Assembly: GCA_035458525.1 (NCBI GenBank)
Contig: DATHZQ010000040.1
Location: 7,964-71,963 of the forward strand
DNA: 64,000 nt
Direction: 5' to 3'
Source: Acidimicrobiia bacterium
GTDB lineage: Bacteria; Actinomycetota; Acidimicrobiia; Spongiisociales; UBA5794
The translations under genes and the position numbers were made by a program. The stretch's first letter is position 1. Each line of letters opens with the position of its first letter. A model generated the notes under the pieces. That model made no database searches and had not been told where the DNA came from. It was given only the letters and a program-made list of their open reading frames with translations. This document shows positions 28,268-40,756 of this stretch, in pieces.

Positions 28268-28639
28268 GTGCCGACCGTACAGCAGCTCGTCCGCAAAGGA
28301 CGCAGGCCGAAGCCGAAGAAGACGAAGACCCTGGGCCTCGCCGGTTCCCCGCAACGGCGTGGTGTGTGCACTCGCGTGTACACCGTCACGCCCAAGAAGC
28401 CGAACTCGGCGCTCCGCAAGGTGGCCCGTGTGCGGCTGACCTCTCAGATCGAGGTCACGGCCTACATCCCCGGCGAAGGTCACAACCTCCAGGAGCACTC
28501 GATCGTGCTCGTTCGTGGCGGTCGTGTGAAGGATCTTCCCGGCGTTCGCTACAAGGTCATCCGCGGCGCTCTCGACGCCGCCGGTGTCGACGGTCGCAAG
28601 CAGTCGCGTTCCCGCTACGGCGCCAAGAAGGACAACTAG
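28268..28639 (+). CDS. rpsL: 30S ribosomal protein S12
   Basis: GTG start. [11 protein letters not shown]...[16 protein letters not shown]... Confidence 0.97.
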   Translation: MPTVQQLVRKGRRPKPKKTKTLGLAGSPQRRGVCTRVYTVTPKKPNSALRKVARVRLTSQIEVTAYIPGEGHNLQEHSIVLVRGGRVKDLPGVRYKVIRGALDAAGVDGRKQSRSRYGAKKDN

Positions 28640-28641
28640 CC

Positions 28642-29109
28642 ATGCGTAGAGCACCCGCTGAAGTACGCACGCTCGACCCGGATCCGGTGTACCGCAGCGT
28701 GCTGGTGACCCAGGTGATCAACAAGGTCTTGTGGCGCGGCAAGAAGGGCGCCGCCCGCCGCATCGTCTACGGGGCGCTGGAGATCGTCGACAAGCGCACG
28801 GGTGGGGACCCGCTGCAGACGCTGAAGGCGGCGGTCGACAACATCCGCCCCTCCGTCGAGGTTCGGTCCCGCCGAGTCGGCGGCTCGTCTTACCAGGTGC
28901 CGATGGAAGTTCGGCCGCGCCGTGCCCAGACGCTCGCCGTCCGCTGGCTCGTCGAGTTTGCGCGCAAGCGCAAGGAGAACACGATGGCCGAGCGGCTCGC
29001 CAACGAGATTCTCGACGCCGCCAACCGCACCGGCTCAGCCGTGAAACGGCGCGAGGACATCCACAAGATGGCGGAGTCCAACAAGGCCTTCGCTCACTAC
29101 CGCTGGTAG
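28642..29109 (+). CDS. rpsG: 30S ribosomal protein S7
   Basis: [30 protein letters not shown]...AHYRW. Confidence 0.97.
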   Translation: MRRAPAEVRTLDPDPVYRSVLVTQVINKVLWRGKKGAARRIVYGALEIVDKRTGGDPLQTLKAAVDNIRPSVEVRSRRVGGSSYQVPMEVRPRRAQTLAVRWLVEFARKRKENTMAERLANEILDAANRTGSAVKRREDIHKMAESNKAFAHYRW

Positions 29110-29222
29110 CGCCCGGAGCCTGCACCGCAGACACCTGGCCCACCCCCAACACTGTCAACCGAGAGGCCGCCCCCGTTACAGGTCGGCCGCGCCAGGAATC
29201 GCAGCACAGAAGAGACTGAACC

Positions 29223-31307
<2,085 letters not shown>

Positions 31308-31493
31308 GTCCCCCCGGGGCCGACACGCTCCCGTTCTTGCGTATATGACCGCGACATCTTTGACTGAGCTACGCCAGAACACCGTGGTCGGCCAACGTTG
31401 TTGGTCTTGCGTGGCTCGCTGCACCACTCCCGACGCAGCGGTGCCCCGCATCGCTGCGAGGCACCGTCGATCGGAGTTGGAAGCGGGTGGGGC

Positions 31494-32423
31494 TCAGCCG
31501 AGCAAGCCGAGCTCTCGAATGAGCTGAGCGTGAGTGTTTGCGATCTTCCGGTAGCCGAGATCCGACGGGTGGATGTCGGTTTGCGGCCCTTCGGTCACCG
31601 GGTCGTAGTCGCTCAGCACAAGGCCTCCGGCTGCGCGCTCGCACATGAGGGTGTAGGAGCAGATTCGGCGCACGTTGATGGGTGTTCCCGCACCGTTGGT
31701 CAGGAACGTCCCGAACGCGGACGCCACATCGGCCACGGGAACGCCGAACGCTCCATAGACCGCTTCGAGCGTTCCGTTGAAGACCGGCGTCAAGGCCAGC
31801 GACTGCTCGGCCAAGGCTTGACCCTCGGGACCGGTGATCCAAAAGGCCAGGTTGGGCTGGTAGTAGTTCATGGCGACGATCGGCACATTGGGAGCGACAG
31901 CCTGCAGCGTGCCGATGATCACAGGCAGCGTTGCCCCGATCTGACCGAGCTGCGCCCCCAGGCAGGCCTCGATGTCCGGATCGAGCGGGTCGCACGCCAA
32001 GATGTCGTTGGCGCCGATTGCGATTGTGATGAGACGGACCTCGCCTGGGTGGGAGAGCAGGTAGTCGACGGCGACGTCGAGCTGCGAGCTGCCACCAGGT
32101 GGGAGCTGGGCGTACGGCCCGTAGCACAGCGATCCGAACTCCGAAGCCCCTCCGATGCCGTGCACCATTTCGACGGTGTCGTCGCCGGGACAGGCGAGAT
32201 TGACGAAGTTGTCGACCCCGTGTTCGCGCTTCAGGCTCTTGAACAGACCGTTCGTGTAGCCGTTGTCGGTGAACGGCAAAGGCTGCTGGGTCCCGGCTGC
32301 AACCGAGTCACCCAGTGCCAGATAGGTGCCGCCGTCGTCACCGGAGTCCTGTTCGGCAGCCGCGACCGGCACCGCGGTCGCAACGAGTACCCCGACCGTG
32401 ATTGCGATCAAGCGCATCCGCAT
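31494..32423 (-). CDS. Secreted SGNH/GDSL-family hydrolase
   Basis: Signal peptide MRMRLIAITVGVLVATAVPVAAA. Block I YLALGDSVAAG. C-terminal DIHPSDLGYRKIA (DxxH block). Confidence 0.85.
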   Translation of the reverse strand: MRMRLIAITVGVLVATAVPVAAAEQDSGDDGGTYLALGDSVAAGTQQPLPFTDNGYTNGLFKSLKREHGVDNFVNLACPGDDTVEMVHGIGGASEFGSLCYGPYAQLPPGGSSQLDVAVDYLLSHPGEVRLITIAIGANDILACDPLDPDIEACLGAQLGQIGATLPVIIGTLQAVAPNVPIVAMNYYQPNLAFWITGPEGQALAEQSLALTPVFNGTLEAVYGAFGVPVADVASAFGTFLTNGAGTPINVRRICSYTLMCERAAGGLVLSDYDPVTEGPQTDIHPSDLGYRKIANTHAQLIRELGLLG

Positions 32424-32490
32424 AGATTCCCACCTTCCCTCTCCTGAGGCGCCGAGTGTACCCGGCCTCCCGGCAGCTGCGGGGGTGAAT

Positions 32491-32520
32491 TTGCTACTCC
32501 GTTTTCGGCGCCACTACTAT
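32491..32520 (+). promoter_or_regulatory. Candidate sigma-70-type promoter of the S10 operon
   Basis: TTGCTA-18 nt-TACTAT, ~215 nt upstream of rpsJ. Sequence pattern only. Confidence 0.35.
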
Positions 32521-32732
32521 CCCGTTTCGCCGCAGGCATTCGCCTGCGCGCAATCCGTAAGTCTTCGACGGTTGGGCGCCGTGTGCCCAGCCCCTGCCAA
32601 ACCCGCGATGTACCCCCGGTACCGCTCGCCAGGTGGCGGGTCATCAGCTCTCGTGCGAGGGAGCTTCTTGGCCTTGCCACGTGACGTGCCTCCGGACGGT
32701 CCATCAACCGATCGAGAGACAGGACAGCACCC

Positions 32733-33044
32733 GTGGCTAACGAGCACCGGATCCGAATCCGCCTCAAGGCCTACGACCATTCTGTGGTCGACGAATCGGC
32801 GCGCAAGATCGCCGAGACGGTGGTCCGCACCCAAGCGAAGATCAAGGGTCCGGTTCCGCTGCCGACGAAGATTCACCGCTACACGGTGATCCGCGGCCCC
32901 CACGTCGACAAGACGAGTCGTGAGCACTTCGAGATGCGAATTCACAAGCGTCTCATCGACATCCTCGAGCCGACGCCCAAGACCGTCGATTCCCTCATGC
33001 GGCTGGATCTGCCGGCCGGCGTCGAGGTGGAGATCAAGACATGA
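32733..33044 (+). CDS. rpsJ: 30S ribosomal protein S10
   Basis: [24 protein letters not shown]... Confidence 0.97.
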   Translation: MANEHRIRIRLKAYDHSVVDESARKIAETVVRTQAKIKGPVPLPTKIHRYTVIRGPHVDKTSREHFEMRIHKRLIDILEPTPKTVDSLMRLDLPAGVEVEIKT

Positions 33045-33679
33045 AGGCCATCATCGGTGAGAAACTGGGGATGACCCAGGTCTTCGACGATGACGCCCGC
33101 ATCGTCCCTGTAACGGTGATCAAGGCCGGGCCCGTCCGCGTGACCCAGGTCAAGACTCCCGAGAAGGACGGCTACGCCGCCATCCAGATCTCGTTCAAGG
33201 AACTCCGGTCGAAGCACGTCAACCGTGCGCAGGCCGGGCATTTCGGCCGGGCGGGCGTGGCTCCGTCGAAGCACATCGTCGAAGTGCGCGTCGATGACGC
33301 CGGCGCCTACCAGATCGGTCAGGAACTCACCGTCGGAGACATCTTCGCCGCCGGCCAGAAGGCCGACGTGACCGGGATCTCCAAGGGCAAGGGCTTCGCC
33401 GGATCGATGAAGCGTCACAACTTCAAGGGACAGGGCGCTTCGCACGGCGCCCACAAGGTCCACCGAGCCCCTGGCGCCATCGGCGCCTGCGCAACGCCGG
33501 CCCGCGTCTTCAAGGGCAAGCGGATGCCGGGCCGCATGGGCGGAGACAAGACCACGGTCATGAACCTCGACGTGGTGCAAGTCGACGCAGCGCGCAACCT
33601 CCTCATGGTCCGCGGCGCCGTGCCCGGTCCCAAGGGAGCGGTGCTCGTGATCCGAGAGGCGGTGAAGGCCAGTGCCTGA
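33041..33679 (+). CDS. rplC: 50S ribosomal protein L3
   Basis: [17 protein letters not shown]...[21 protein letters not shown]. Confidence 0.97.
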   Translation: MKAIIGEKLGMTQVFDDDARIVPVTVIKAGPVRVTQVKTPEKDGYAAIQISFKELRSKHVNRAQAGHFGRAGVAPSKHIVEVRVDDAGAYQIGQELTVGDIFAAGQKADVTGISKGKGFAGSMKRHNFKGQGASHGAHKVHRAPGAIGACATPARVFKGKRMPGRMGGDKTTVMNLDVVQVDAARNLLMVRGAVPGPKGAVLVIREAVKASA

Positions 33680-34475
33680 GAAGCTCACCGCAGAGTTGTA
33701 CGACGCCTCCGGCGCCCGCAAGGGCGAGGTCGAGCTGTCGCCCGTGATCTTCGGCATCGAGCCCAATGTTCCGGTGATGCACCAAGTAGTGACGGCGCAG
33801 CTCGCTGCCGCCCGCTCCGGCACTGCGTCGACCAAGACTCGTTCCGAGGTGCGCGGCGGCGGCCGCAAGCCATGGCGTCAGAAGGGCCTCGGCCGTGCTC
33901 GCCATGGTTCGATCCGTTCTCCGCAATGGATCGGTGGCGGTGTGGCCCACGGGCCGAAGCCACGCGACTACTCGCAGCGGACCCCGAAGAAGATGCGGCG
34001 CCTCGCCCTGCGCTCGGCACTCTCGACCCGGGCCGCCGCGGGACAGATCAAGGTGGTCGACTCGTTCGACGATTGGGCCGCACCCAAGACCAAGCAGGCC
34101 GTGGCGTTGCTCGACGCCATGGGAGTGTCCGGCAAGGTGCTCCTCATCGCCGAAGACCACGAGCGGACCGCCATCAAGTCGTTCCGCAACCTCGGTCACG
34201 TCATCGCGTCGAATCTCGGCCAAGCGAACACGTACGACGTGTTGTGGGCCGACACGGTCGTGATGAGCAAAGGGACGCTGGATCTCGGCCAGGCGGCGCC
34301 TCGCGGAACCGAGGAGCACGCCGAGGGCGTGCGTGGTCCTGCCGACAAGGCGACGAGTGCCGGTCCGCAGGCAGAAGCGGTCGCAGAACATGTTGCCGTG
34401 GCTGCCGAGGCCCCTGCCGTCGAGAGCGCCGGTGGGCCGGAGACGGAGAGTGCTGAGGGCGGTGATGCCACGTGA
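33672..34475 (+). CDS. rplD: 50S ribosomal protein L4 with ~60-aa A/E-rich C-terminal extension
   Basis: [26 protein letters not shown] core. 267 aa against a typical ~205-220. Confidence 0.96.
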   Translation: MPEKLTAELYDASGARKGEVELSPVIFGIEPNVPVMHQVVTAQLAAARSGTASTKTRSEVRGGGRKPWRQKGLGRARHGSIRSPQWIGGGVAHGPKPRDYSQRTPKKMRRLALRSALSTRAAAGQIKVVDSFDDWAAPKTKQAVALLDAMGVSGKVLLIAEDHERTAIKSFRNLGHVIASNLGQANTYDVLWADTVVMSKGTLDLGQAAPRGTEEHAEGVRGPADKATSAGPQAEAVAEHVAVAAEAPAVESAGGPETESAEGGDAT

Positions 34476-34762
34476 AGAAGAACCCGCGCGACATCATCAT
34501 CGCTCCGGTCGTCTCGGAGAAGTCCTACGACCTCATTCAGTTCAACAACACGTACACGTTCGTCGTCGACAAGCGCACCAACAAGACGGAGGTGCGCCAA
34601 GCCATCGAGCAGATTTTCGATGTCAAGGTCGTCGGCGTGAACACCATCAACCGCAAGGGCAAGCGCAAGCGCACCGGCTACGTGATCGGCAAGAGAGCCG
34701 ACACCAAGCGGGCGCTCGTACGGCTCGCCGACGGCGACTCGATCGACATCTTCGAGGTGTGA
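34472..34762 (+). CDS. rplW: 50S ribosomal protein L23
   Basis: [13 protein letters not shown]...[20 protein letters not shown]. Confidence 0.96.
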   Translation: MKKNPRDIIIAPVVSEKSYDLIQFNNTYTFVVDKRTNKTEVRQAIEQIFDVKVVGVNTINRKGKRKRTGYVIGKRADTKRALVRLADGDSIDIFEV

Positions 34763-34766
34763 TGCC

Positions 34767-35600
34767 ATGGGTGTGAAGAAACTCAAGCCAACCTCTCCGG
34801 GTCGCCGCTTCCAGACGGTGTCGGATTTCGACACCGTCACGAAGTCGAAGCCGGAGAAGCAACTGCTCGACAAGCAGAAGCGCTCCTCCGGGCGCAACAC
34901 GTACGGCCGTATCACGTCGCGTCACCGTGGCGGTGGTCACAAGCGCCGCTATCGCGTTGTGGACTTCCGCCGCACGAAGGACGGCGTACCGGCCAAGGTG
35001 GCGGCGATCGAATACGACCCCAACCGCAACGCGCGGCTGGCGCTGCTCCACTACGTGGACGGCGAGAAGCGCTACATCCTGGCTCCGGTCGGCGTGAAAC
35101 CGGGGGACATGCTCATCTCGGGAACCGGCGCTGAGATCCGGCCGGGCAACGCGCTGCCGTTGCGCAACATCCCGACGGGCACCGTTGTGCACGCGGTCGA
35201 GATGCGTCCCGGTGGCGGCGCCAAGATGGGCCGCGCCGCCGGCACGGCGATCCAGCTCATGTCCAAGGAATCCAACATGGCGCTGCTGCGACTCCCCTCG
35301 GGAGAGATGCGGCAGGTCGCTCTGGATTGCCGGGCGACCGTCGGTCAGGTGGGCAACACCGAAGCCGAGTTGGTGAAGATCGGGAAAGCCGGTCGCAACC
35401 GCTGGAAGGGCAAGCGCCCGCAGACTCGTGGCGTCGCCATGAACCCCGTCGATCACCCCCTCGGGGGCGGCGAGGGCCGCAGCTCCGGTGGTCGCCATCC
35501 GGTCAGCCCTTGGGGCAAGCCCGAGGGACGTACCCGCAAGAAGAACAAGGCAAGCGACAAGTACATCGTGCGTCGCAGAAGCAAGAAGGGACGCCGCTGA
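34767..35600 (+). CDS. rplB: 50S ribosomal protein L2
   Basis: [12 protein letters not shown]...[16 protein letters not shown]. Confidence 0.98.
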   Translation: MGVKKLKPTSPGRRFQTVSDFDTVTKSKPEKQLLDKQKRSSGRNTYGRITSRHRGGGHKRRYRVVDFRRTKDGVPAKVAAIEYDPNRNARLALLHYVDGEKRYILAPVGVKPGDMLISGTGAEIRPGNALPLRNIPTGTVVHAVEMRPGGGAKMGRAAGTAIQLMSKESNMALLRLPSGEMRQVALDCRATVGQVGNTEAELVKIGKAGRNRWKGKRPQTRGVAMNPVDHPLGGGEGRSSGGRHPVSPWGKPEGRTRKKNKASDKYIVRRRSKKGRR

Positions 35601-35878
35601 TGGCACGCAGCCTGAAGAAAGGCCCGTTCGTCGACGAGCACCTTCTGCGGAAGGTCGAGGCCGCCAACGACCGCAACGAGAAGAAGGTCATTCGCACGTG
35701 GAGCCGTCGCTCCACGATCGTGCCCGAGATGGTGGGCCACACCATTGCGGTGCACGACGGTCGGAAGCACATTCCGGTATACGTCAGCGAGTCGATGGTC
35801 GGACACAAGCTCGGCGAGTTTGCGCCGACGCGAACGTTCCGGGGTCACTCTGGCGAGAAGTCTGCGAGGCGCCGATGA
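35600..35878 (+). CDS. rpsS: 30S ribosomal protein S19
   Basis: [16 protein letters not shown]...[21 protein letters not shown] overlap with rplB. Confidence 0.97.
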   Translation: MARSLKKGPFVDEHLLRKVEAANDRNEKKVIRTWSRRSTIVPEMVGHTIAVHDGRKHIPVYVSESMVGHKLGEFAPTRTFRGHSGEKSARRR

Positions 35879-36219
35879 AGGTCCGTGCGCAAGCCAAGTA
35901 CATTCGCCAGTCGCCGTACAAGGTCCGCCGCGTGCTGGACCTGGTTCGGGGGCTTCCGGTGGAAGCCGCTCGCGACATCTTGACGTTCACCAACCGGCGC
36001 GCCGCCCCCACCATTCTCAAGGTCCTCGATTCGGCTGTAGCCAACGCCGAGCACAACTTTGCGCTGGATGAAGAGGACCTGTTCGTGAGCGAAGCCTTCG
36101 CCGACGAGGGACCGACCCTCAAACGCTACCGCCCGCGAGCTCGCGGCCGCGCCACGCGGGTCCGCAAGCGCACGAGCCACATAACGATCGTCGTCGCCGA
36201 CGAAGAAGACGAGGAGTAG
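35875..36219 (+). CDS. rplV: 50S ribosomal protein L22
   Basis: [30 protein letters not shown] overlap with rpsS. Confidence 0.96.
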   Translation: MKVRAQAKYIRQSPYKVRRVLDLVRGLPVEAARDILTFTNRRAAPTILKVLDSAVANAEHNFALDEEDLFVSEAFADEGPTLKRYRPRARGRATRVRKRTSHITIVVADEEDEE

Positions 36220-36221
36220 CC

Positions 36222-37400
36222 ATGGGTCAGAAGATTCACCCGTACGGCCTGCGCCTCGGCATCGTCACCGACTGGAAGTCGCGCTGGTACAGCGAGAAGG
36301 ACTATGCGTTCCAGGTCAACCAGGACCATCAGATTCGCAAGTACCTGACCGGTGAGCTGCGTCGCGGCGCCGTGTCGCGGATCGATATCGAGCGCATCGG
36401 CACCAACAAGGTGCAGGTCGACGTGCACACCGGACGCCCGGGTGTTGTGATCGGTCGCGGCGGCTCCGAGGCGGAGCGGCTCCGCTCCGGCCTCGAGAAG
36501 CTCACCGACCGCATCGTCAAGTTCAACGTCATCGAGGTCCAGAACGTCGAGCTCGACGCCACCCTGCTCGCCCGCAGCGTGGCGGATCAGCTGGAGGGTC
36601 GCGTCTCGTTCCGGCGTGCCATGAAGCGGGCCGTGGCCACGGCGCTCAAGGCAGGCGCCGAAGGCGTGCGCGTCCAGGCTTCGGGTCGTCTCGGCGGCGC
36701 CGACATGGGTCGTCGCGAGTGGTACCTCGAAGGTCGGGTTCCGCTGCACACGTTGCGGGCCGACATCGACTACGGCAAAGCAACCGCACGGACCACGGTC
36801 GGCGCCATCGGTGTCCAGGTGTGGGTCTACAAAGGCGACCTCCTGCCATCTGCCGCCAGCAGCCGCGAGAAGATCGCGGCCGAGGCCCGGCTCGCCGCAG
36901 GCGGTCCCGCCAAACGTCGCCGCTCTGCCAAGTCCCGTGCCGAAGCTGCGGCGGGGGAGAGCGGTCCCCGGCTCATCGAGGCCGGTGGCGGCAAGCGCAT
37001 CGTCGAGGCCGGTGGCGGCAAGCGTGGCGGCGGTCGCCGCTTGATCGAAGCCGGGGGTGGGCGCAAGCTCACCACCAGCGACGCGGCCAGCGAGTTCGAG
37101 GCCGCCCGCGAGGAGGCCCAGGAGGTCTTGCCGGCGACGGAGGGCGTCGAGAACGTCGCTCCGCCGGTGCCTGCAGCCGACGAGGTTGCAGTACCGGACA
37201 TCGCCTCTTCGGCTGGCGCCGAAGAGGTTGCGGCCGAAGAGGTTGCGGCCGGAGAGGCTGCAGAGGTCGAAGCCTCCGCCGAGCCTGCCGAGGCTGTGGT
37301 CGAGGCCGAGGTCGAGGCCGACGTGGAGGCTGTGGTGGAGGCTGTGGTGGAGGCCGAGGGCGAAGCCGAGGCGAAGGACGCCGAAGGCGGTGATGCCTGA
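36222..37400 (+). CDS. rpsC: 30S ribosomal protein S3 with ~165-aa repeat-containing C-terminal extension
   Basis: [14 protein letters not shown]...KH domain...[31 protein letters not shown] core. 392 aa against a typical 230-280. Confidence 0.96.
   Translation: MGQKIHPYGLRLGIVTDWKSRWYSEKDYAFQVNQDHQIRKYLTGELRRGAVSRIDIERIGTNKVQVDVHTGRPGVVIGRGGSEAERLRSGLEKLTDRIVKFNVIEVQNVELDATLLARSVADQLEGRVSFRRAMKRAVATALKAGAEGVRVQASGRLGGADMGRREWYLEGRVPLHTLRADIDYGKATARTTVGAIGVQVWVYKGDLLPSAASSREKIAAEARLAAGGPAKRRRSAKSRAEAAAGESGPRLIEAGGGKRIVEAGGGKRGGGRRLIEAGGGRKLTTSDAASEFEAAREEAQEVLPATEGVENVAPPVPAADEVAVPDIASSAGAEEVAAEEVAAGEAAEVEASAEPAEAVVEAEVEADVEAVVEAVVEAEGEAEAKDAEGGDA
36972..37070. repeat. In-frame 27-bp tandem repeat (2 near-perfect copies plus 1 diverged) in the rpsC tail
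   Basis: (A/G)TCGAGGCCGGTGGCGGCAAGCG at 36975 and 37002, with a degenerate copy at 37044. Encodes L/I-(I/V)-E-A-G-G-G-(K/R)-(R/K). Confidence 0.9.
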
Positions 37401-37813
37401 TGCTCATGCCAAAGCGCACGAAGTACCGGAAGACCCAGAAGGGTCGAATGACCGGCAAGGCGAGCCGAGGCACCCGCGTGACGTTCGGTGACTACGGCCT
37501 GCAAGCGCAGGAATCCGGCTGGATCACGGCGCGCCAGATCGAGGCCGCCCGTGTCGCGATGACCCGTGCCATCAAGCGTGGCGGCAAGGTCTGGATCAAC
37601 ATCTTTCCAGACAAGCCGATCACCGAGAAGCCGGCAGAGACGCGCATGGGGTCTGGCAAGGGCAACCCCGAGTACTGGGTTGCCGTGATCAAGCCGGGCC
37701 GTGTGATGTTCGAGATGTCCGGCGTGACCGAAGAGCTGGCGCGGGAAGCCATGCGGCTGGCCGCTCACAAATTGCCGGTGAAGACCCGTTTCGTGGCTCG
37801 GGAGGACATATGA
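37400..37813 (+). CDS. rplP: 50S ribosomal protein L16
   Basis: [17 protein letters not shown]... Confidence 0.97.
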   Translation: MLMPKRTKYRKTQKGRMTGKASRGTRVTFGDYGLQAQESGWITARQIEAARVAMTRAIKRGGKVWINIFPDKPITEKPAETRMGSGKGNPEYWVAVIKPGRVMFEMSGVTEELAREAMRLAAHKLPVKTRFVAREDI

Positions 37814-38031
37814 ACGCCCTCGAACTCCGCAACAACAGCTACGCAGAGCTGAGCGAGCTGCTCGACGAGGCGAAGGAAGAGCTCTTCAACCTCCGCTTCC
37901 AGCTCGCCACGAACCAGCTCGACAACACGACGCGCCTGCGCGAGGTGCGCCGTGACATCGCCAGGATCCGCACCGTCATGCGCGAGCAAGAGATCGCCGC
38001 ATGGCGTCAGCAGCAGGAGGCCGCACAGTGA
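37810..38031 (+). CDS. rpmC: 50S ribosomal protein L29
   Basis: [33 protein letters not shown]. Confidence 0.95.
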   Translation: MNALELRNNSYAELSELLDEAKEELFNLRFQLATNQLDNTTRLREVRRDIARIRTVMREQEIAAWRQQQEAAQ

Positions 38032-38285
38032 CAGATCGTGCGCAACGCAAGGTGCGCCAGGGGATCGTGGTGTCCGACTCCCGTGACAAGACCGTCACGG
38101 TGGAGGTCGCCGGTTCCAAGCGTCACCGCAAGTACGGCAAGACGATGCCGAGTCGCAAGCGGTACCACGCCCACGACGAGACGAACAACGCTCGCATTGG
38201 CGACACCGTCCGGATCGAAGAGACCCGGCCGCTGTCGAAGACGAAGCGCTGGCGGGTCTCCTCGATTGTTGAGCGTGCCCGATGA
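38028..38285 (+). CDS. rpsQ: 30S ribosomal protein S17
   Basis: GTG start (GTGA overlap with rpmC). [21 protein letters not shown]...YHAHDE. Confidence 0.95.
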   Translation: MTDRAQRKVRQGIVVSDSRDKTVTVEVAGSKRHRKYGKTMPSRKRYHAHDETNNARIGDTVRIEETRPLSKTKRWRVSSIVERAR

Positions 38286-38650
38286 TCCAGCAGGAAACCC
38301 GCTTGCGGGTGGCGGACAACACCGGGGCACGCGAGCTGCTGTGTATTCGCGTGCTCGGTGGCTCGCGACGCCGCTATGCCCACCTGGGTGATGTGATCGT
38401 CGGCACGGTCAAGGACGCCACGCCTGGCGGCACCGTCAAGAAGGGCGAGGTCGTGAAGGCCGTTGTCGTGCGGACGCGCAAGGAGAGCCGCCGCAAGGAC
38501 GGCACCTACATCCGCTTCGACGACAACGCTTGCGTGATCATCAACGATCAGCAGCAGCCGCGCGGCACTCGCATCTTTGGTCCCGTCGGCCGAGAGCTGC
38601 GCGACAAGAAGTTCATGCGCATCGTCTCGCTCGCTCCGGAGGTGCTGTGA
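38282..38650 (+). CDS. rplN: 50S ribosomal protein L14
   Basis: [27 protein letters not shown]. Confidence 0.98.
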   Translation: MIQQETRLRVADNTGARELLCIRVLGGSRRRYAHLGDVIVGTVKDATPGGTVKKGEVVKAVVVRTRKESRRKDGTYIRFDDNACVIINDQQQPRGTRIFGPVGRELRDKKFMRIVSLAPEVL

Positions 38651-38955
38651 TGAAGATCAAAGCCGGAGACACGGTTCGCGTGATCGCAGGCAAGGACAAA
38701 GGCGTCGAGAGCAAAGTCGCTCGGGTCCTCAGGTCGAAGAACAAGGTGATCGTCGAGGGTGTTGCCACTGCCAAGCGGCACCAGCGCCCTACCGGCCAGA
38801 CGATGCAGGGCGGCATCATCGACAAGGACATGCCGATCGACGTTTCCAACGTCATGATCGTGTGCCCCGAGTGTGGCCCGACGCGCATCGGTTCCCGCTT
38901 CGACGAGGAGGGCCGCAAGTACCGAGTGTGCCGCAAGTGTGGGAGTGATCTGTGA
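38650..38955 (+). CDS. rplX: 50S ribosomal protein L24 (carries a CxxC-x18-CxxC motif)
   Basis: [21 protein letters not shown] motif. C-terminal [28 protein letters not shown]. Confidence 0.95.
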   Translation: MKIKAGDTVRVIAGKDKGVESKVARVLRSKNKVIVEGVATAKRHQRPTGQTMQGGIIDKDMPIDVSNVMIVCPECGPTRIGSRFDEEGRKYRVCRKCGSDL

Positions 38956-39509
38956 TGACCCCTCGACTGAAGCAGCTCTACAACGACGAGATCCAAGCCA
39001 AGCTCAAGGAAGAGCTCGAGCTCGACAACGTCATGGCGGTGCCTCGGCTCGTCAAGATCAATGTCAACATGGGTTTGGGCGATGCCACGCAAGATTCGAA
39101 GCTGGTCGACTCCGCAGTCGAGGACATGCGGATCATCACGGGCCAGCACCCCAAGGTGAACCGGGCTCGCAAGTCGATCGCCAACTTCAAGCTGCGCGAA
39201 GACATGCCGATCGGCGTGTCGGTCACGCTGCGAGGCGATCGGATGTGGGAGTTCTTCGACCGTCTGGTTGCGCTGGCGATTCCCCGGATTCGTGACTTTC
39301 GCGGGCTCAACCCGAGGGGCTTCGACGGCCGCGGCAACTACAGCTTCGGCGTGACGGAGCAGCTGATATTCCCGGAGATCGAGTACGACAAGGTGGCAAA
39401 GGTGCGTGGCATGGACATCACGTTTGTCACGACCGCAGAGAACGACGACCAAGGACGAGCGCTGCTCACAGCGTTCGGCTTCCCGTTCCGTCAGCAGGCA
39501 GGTGTGTGA
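38955..39509 (+). CDS. rplE: 50S ribosomal protein L5
   Basis: [13 protein letters not shown]...[15 protein letters not shown]. An alternative GTG lies at 38952. Confidence 0.96.
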   Translation: MTPRLKQLYNDEIQAKLKEELELDNVMAVPRLVKINVNMGLGDATQDSKLVDSAVEDMRIITGQHPKVNRARKSIANFKLREDMPIGVSVTLRGDRMWEFFDRLVALAIPRIRDFRGLNPRGFDGRGNYSFGVTEQLIFPEIEYDKVAKVRGMDITFVTTAENDDQGRALLTAFGFPFRQQAGV

Positions 39510-39814
39510 TGGCGAAGAAATCGAAGATCGCCAAGAACAACCGGCGGAAGGTGCTGGTCGAGCGCTACAAAGAGCGCCGAGCCGAGCTGATCGCCGTCAT
39601 CAAGAGTCCGGAAACCACGTACGAGCAGAAGCGAGAGGCCTATCAGGCCATCGCCAAGATGCCTCGCGACGCAAGCGCGACGCGGTACCGCAACCGCTGC
39701 GGCGTGAGCGGGCGTCCTCGTGGCTACTTCCGGAAGTTCGGCATGTCCCGGCTCGCACTGCGGGAGCTCGCCCACAACGGCGAGCTGCCCGGGGTGAGAA
39801 AGGCCTCGTGGTAA
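39509..39814 (+). CDS. rpsN: 30S ribosomal protein S14, long non-zinc (C-minus) form
   Basis: [14 protein letters not shown]...[41 protein letters not shown]. 101 aa, single Cys. Confidence 0.95.
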   Translation: MAKKSKIAKNNRRKVLVERYKERRAELIAVIKSPETTYEQKREAYQAIAKMPRDASATRYRNRCGVSGRPRGYFRKFGMSRLALRELAHNGELPGVRKASW

Positions 39815-40212
39815 CCGTGTTCACTGATCCAGTTTCTGATCTGCTGACCCGGCTGCGCAACGCAAATTCCGCGCTGCATCCCGAGGTCAAGATGCCGTCC
39901 TCGAAGATGAAGGAAGGCATCGCCGAGATCCTCGCCGCCGAAGGCTATGTGGACAGTTTCAAGGTCGATGATGGCCGGGTGGGACGTGAGCTGACGATCC
40001 GTCTCCGCTACGGCGACGACCGTGCCAGGGTTCTCCAGGGCATCAAGCGAGTGTCCCGTCCGGGCAACCGCGTGTATAAGCCTGCGCGCGGCCTTGCTCG
40101 GGTGCAAGGCGGGCTCGGCGTCGCCATCGTGTCGACGTCCCAGGGGCTGCTGACAGACCGTGAAGCGCGTCGCCGCAACGTTGGTGGCGAAATCGTGTGC
40201 GAGGTCTGGTGA
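39808..40212 (+). CDS. rpsH: 30S ribosomal protein S8
   Basis: [14 protein letters not shown]...GGEIVCEVW. Start uncertain (GTG 39808 or GTG 39817). Confidence 0.95.
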   Translation: MVTVFTDPVSDLLTRLRNANSALHPEVKMPSSKMKEGIAEILAAEGYVDSFKVDDGRVGRELTIRLRYGDDRARVLQGIKRVSRPGNRVYKPARGLARVQGGLGVAIVSTSQGLLTDREARRRNVGGEIVCEVW

Positions 40213-40216
40213 GGTC

Positions 40217-40756
40217 ATGAGTCGTATCGGCAACAACCCGATTCAGGTGCCCAGCGGCGTCGACGTCGCCGTCAAGGGCGCCAACGTCACCGTGAAGGGT
40301 CCCAAGGGAACGCTCGATCGCACGTTCGATGAGCGGATCACGATCGCCATGGATGACGGTACCGTCACGCTCACGCGAGTCGACGACGAGCGAGAGTCCA
40401 AGGCGCTCCACGGCCTGTCGCGCGCCCTGCTCGCCAACATGGTCATCGGCGTCTCGGAGGGCTACAGCAAGGAGCTCCAGGCAGTCGGCGTTGGCTATCG
40501 CGCCAATCTGCAGGGGCGCAAGCTCGAGCTGCAGCTCGGCTTCTCACACCCGGTGGTCGTCGAAGCTCCGGACGGGGTCGACTTCGAGGTACCCGAGCCG
40601 ACGAGGATCATCGTGTCCGGCATCGACAAAGAGTTGGTCGGGCAGACGGCTGCGAACATCCGCAGTCTTCGGCCGCCTGAGCCGTCCAAGGGCAAGGGTC
40701 TCCGCTACTCGAATGAGACGGTCCGCCGCAAGGCTGGCAAGGCAGGTATCGCATGA
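40217..40756 (+). CDS. rplF: 50S ribosomal protein L6
   Basis: [17 protein letters not shown]...GKGLRYSNE. Confidence 0.96.
   Translation: MSRIGNNPIQVPSGVDVAVKGANVTVKGPKGTLDRTFDERITIAMDDGTVTLTRVDDERESKALHGLSRALLANMVIGVSEGYSKELQAVGVGYRANLQGRKLELQLGFSHPVVVEAPDGVDFEVPEPTRIIVSGIDKELVGQTAANIRSLRPPEPSKGKGLRYSNETVRRKAGKAGIA

Noticed and set aside
31308-31493. Looked for a tuf remnant or a tRNA in the fusA-hydrolase and hydrolase-rpsJ spacers.
   Set aside because: No EF-Tu-like peptide (for example GHVDHGKT) appears in any frame, and I could find no cloverleaf-compatible sequence. The spacers are too short.
34290-34472. uL4 C-terminal extension considered as a separate fused gene or annotation artefact.
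   Set aside because: It is continuous in frame with the L4 core, ends at the canonical overlapping start of rplW, and has no internal start/SD signal. I treat it as a genuine low-complexity tail.
36827-37768. 313-aa minus-strand ORF rich in Ala/Ser/Thr/Pro opposite the rpsC tail and rplP.
   Set aside because: It mirrors the repetitive GAG/GCC/GTG codons of the S3 tail. It also overlaps rplP, which is unquestionably coding.
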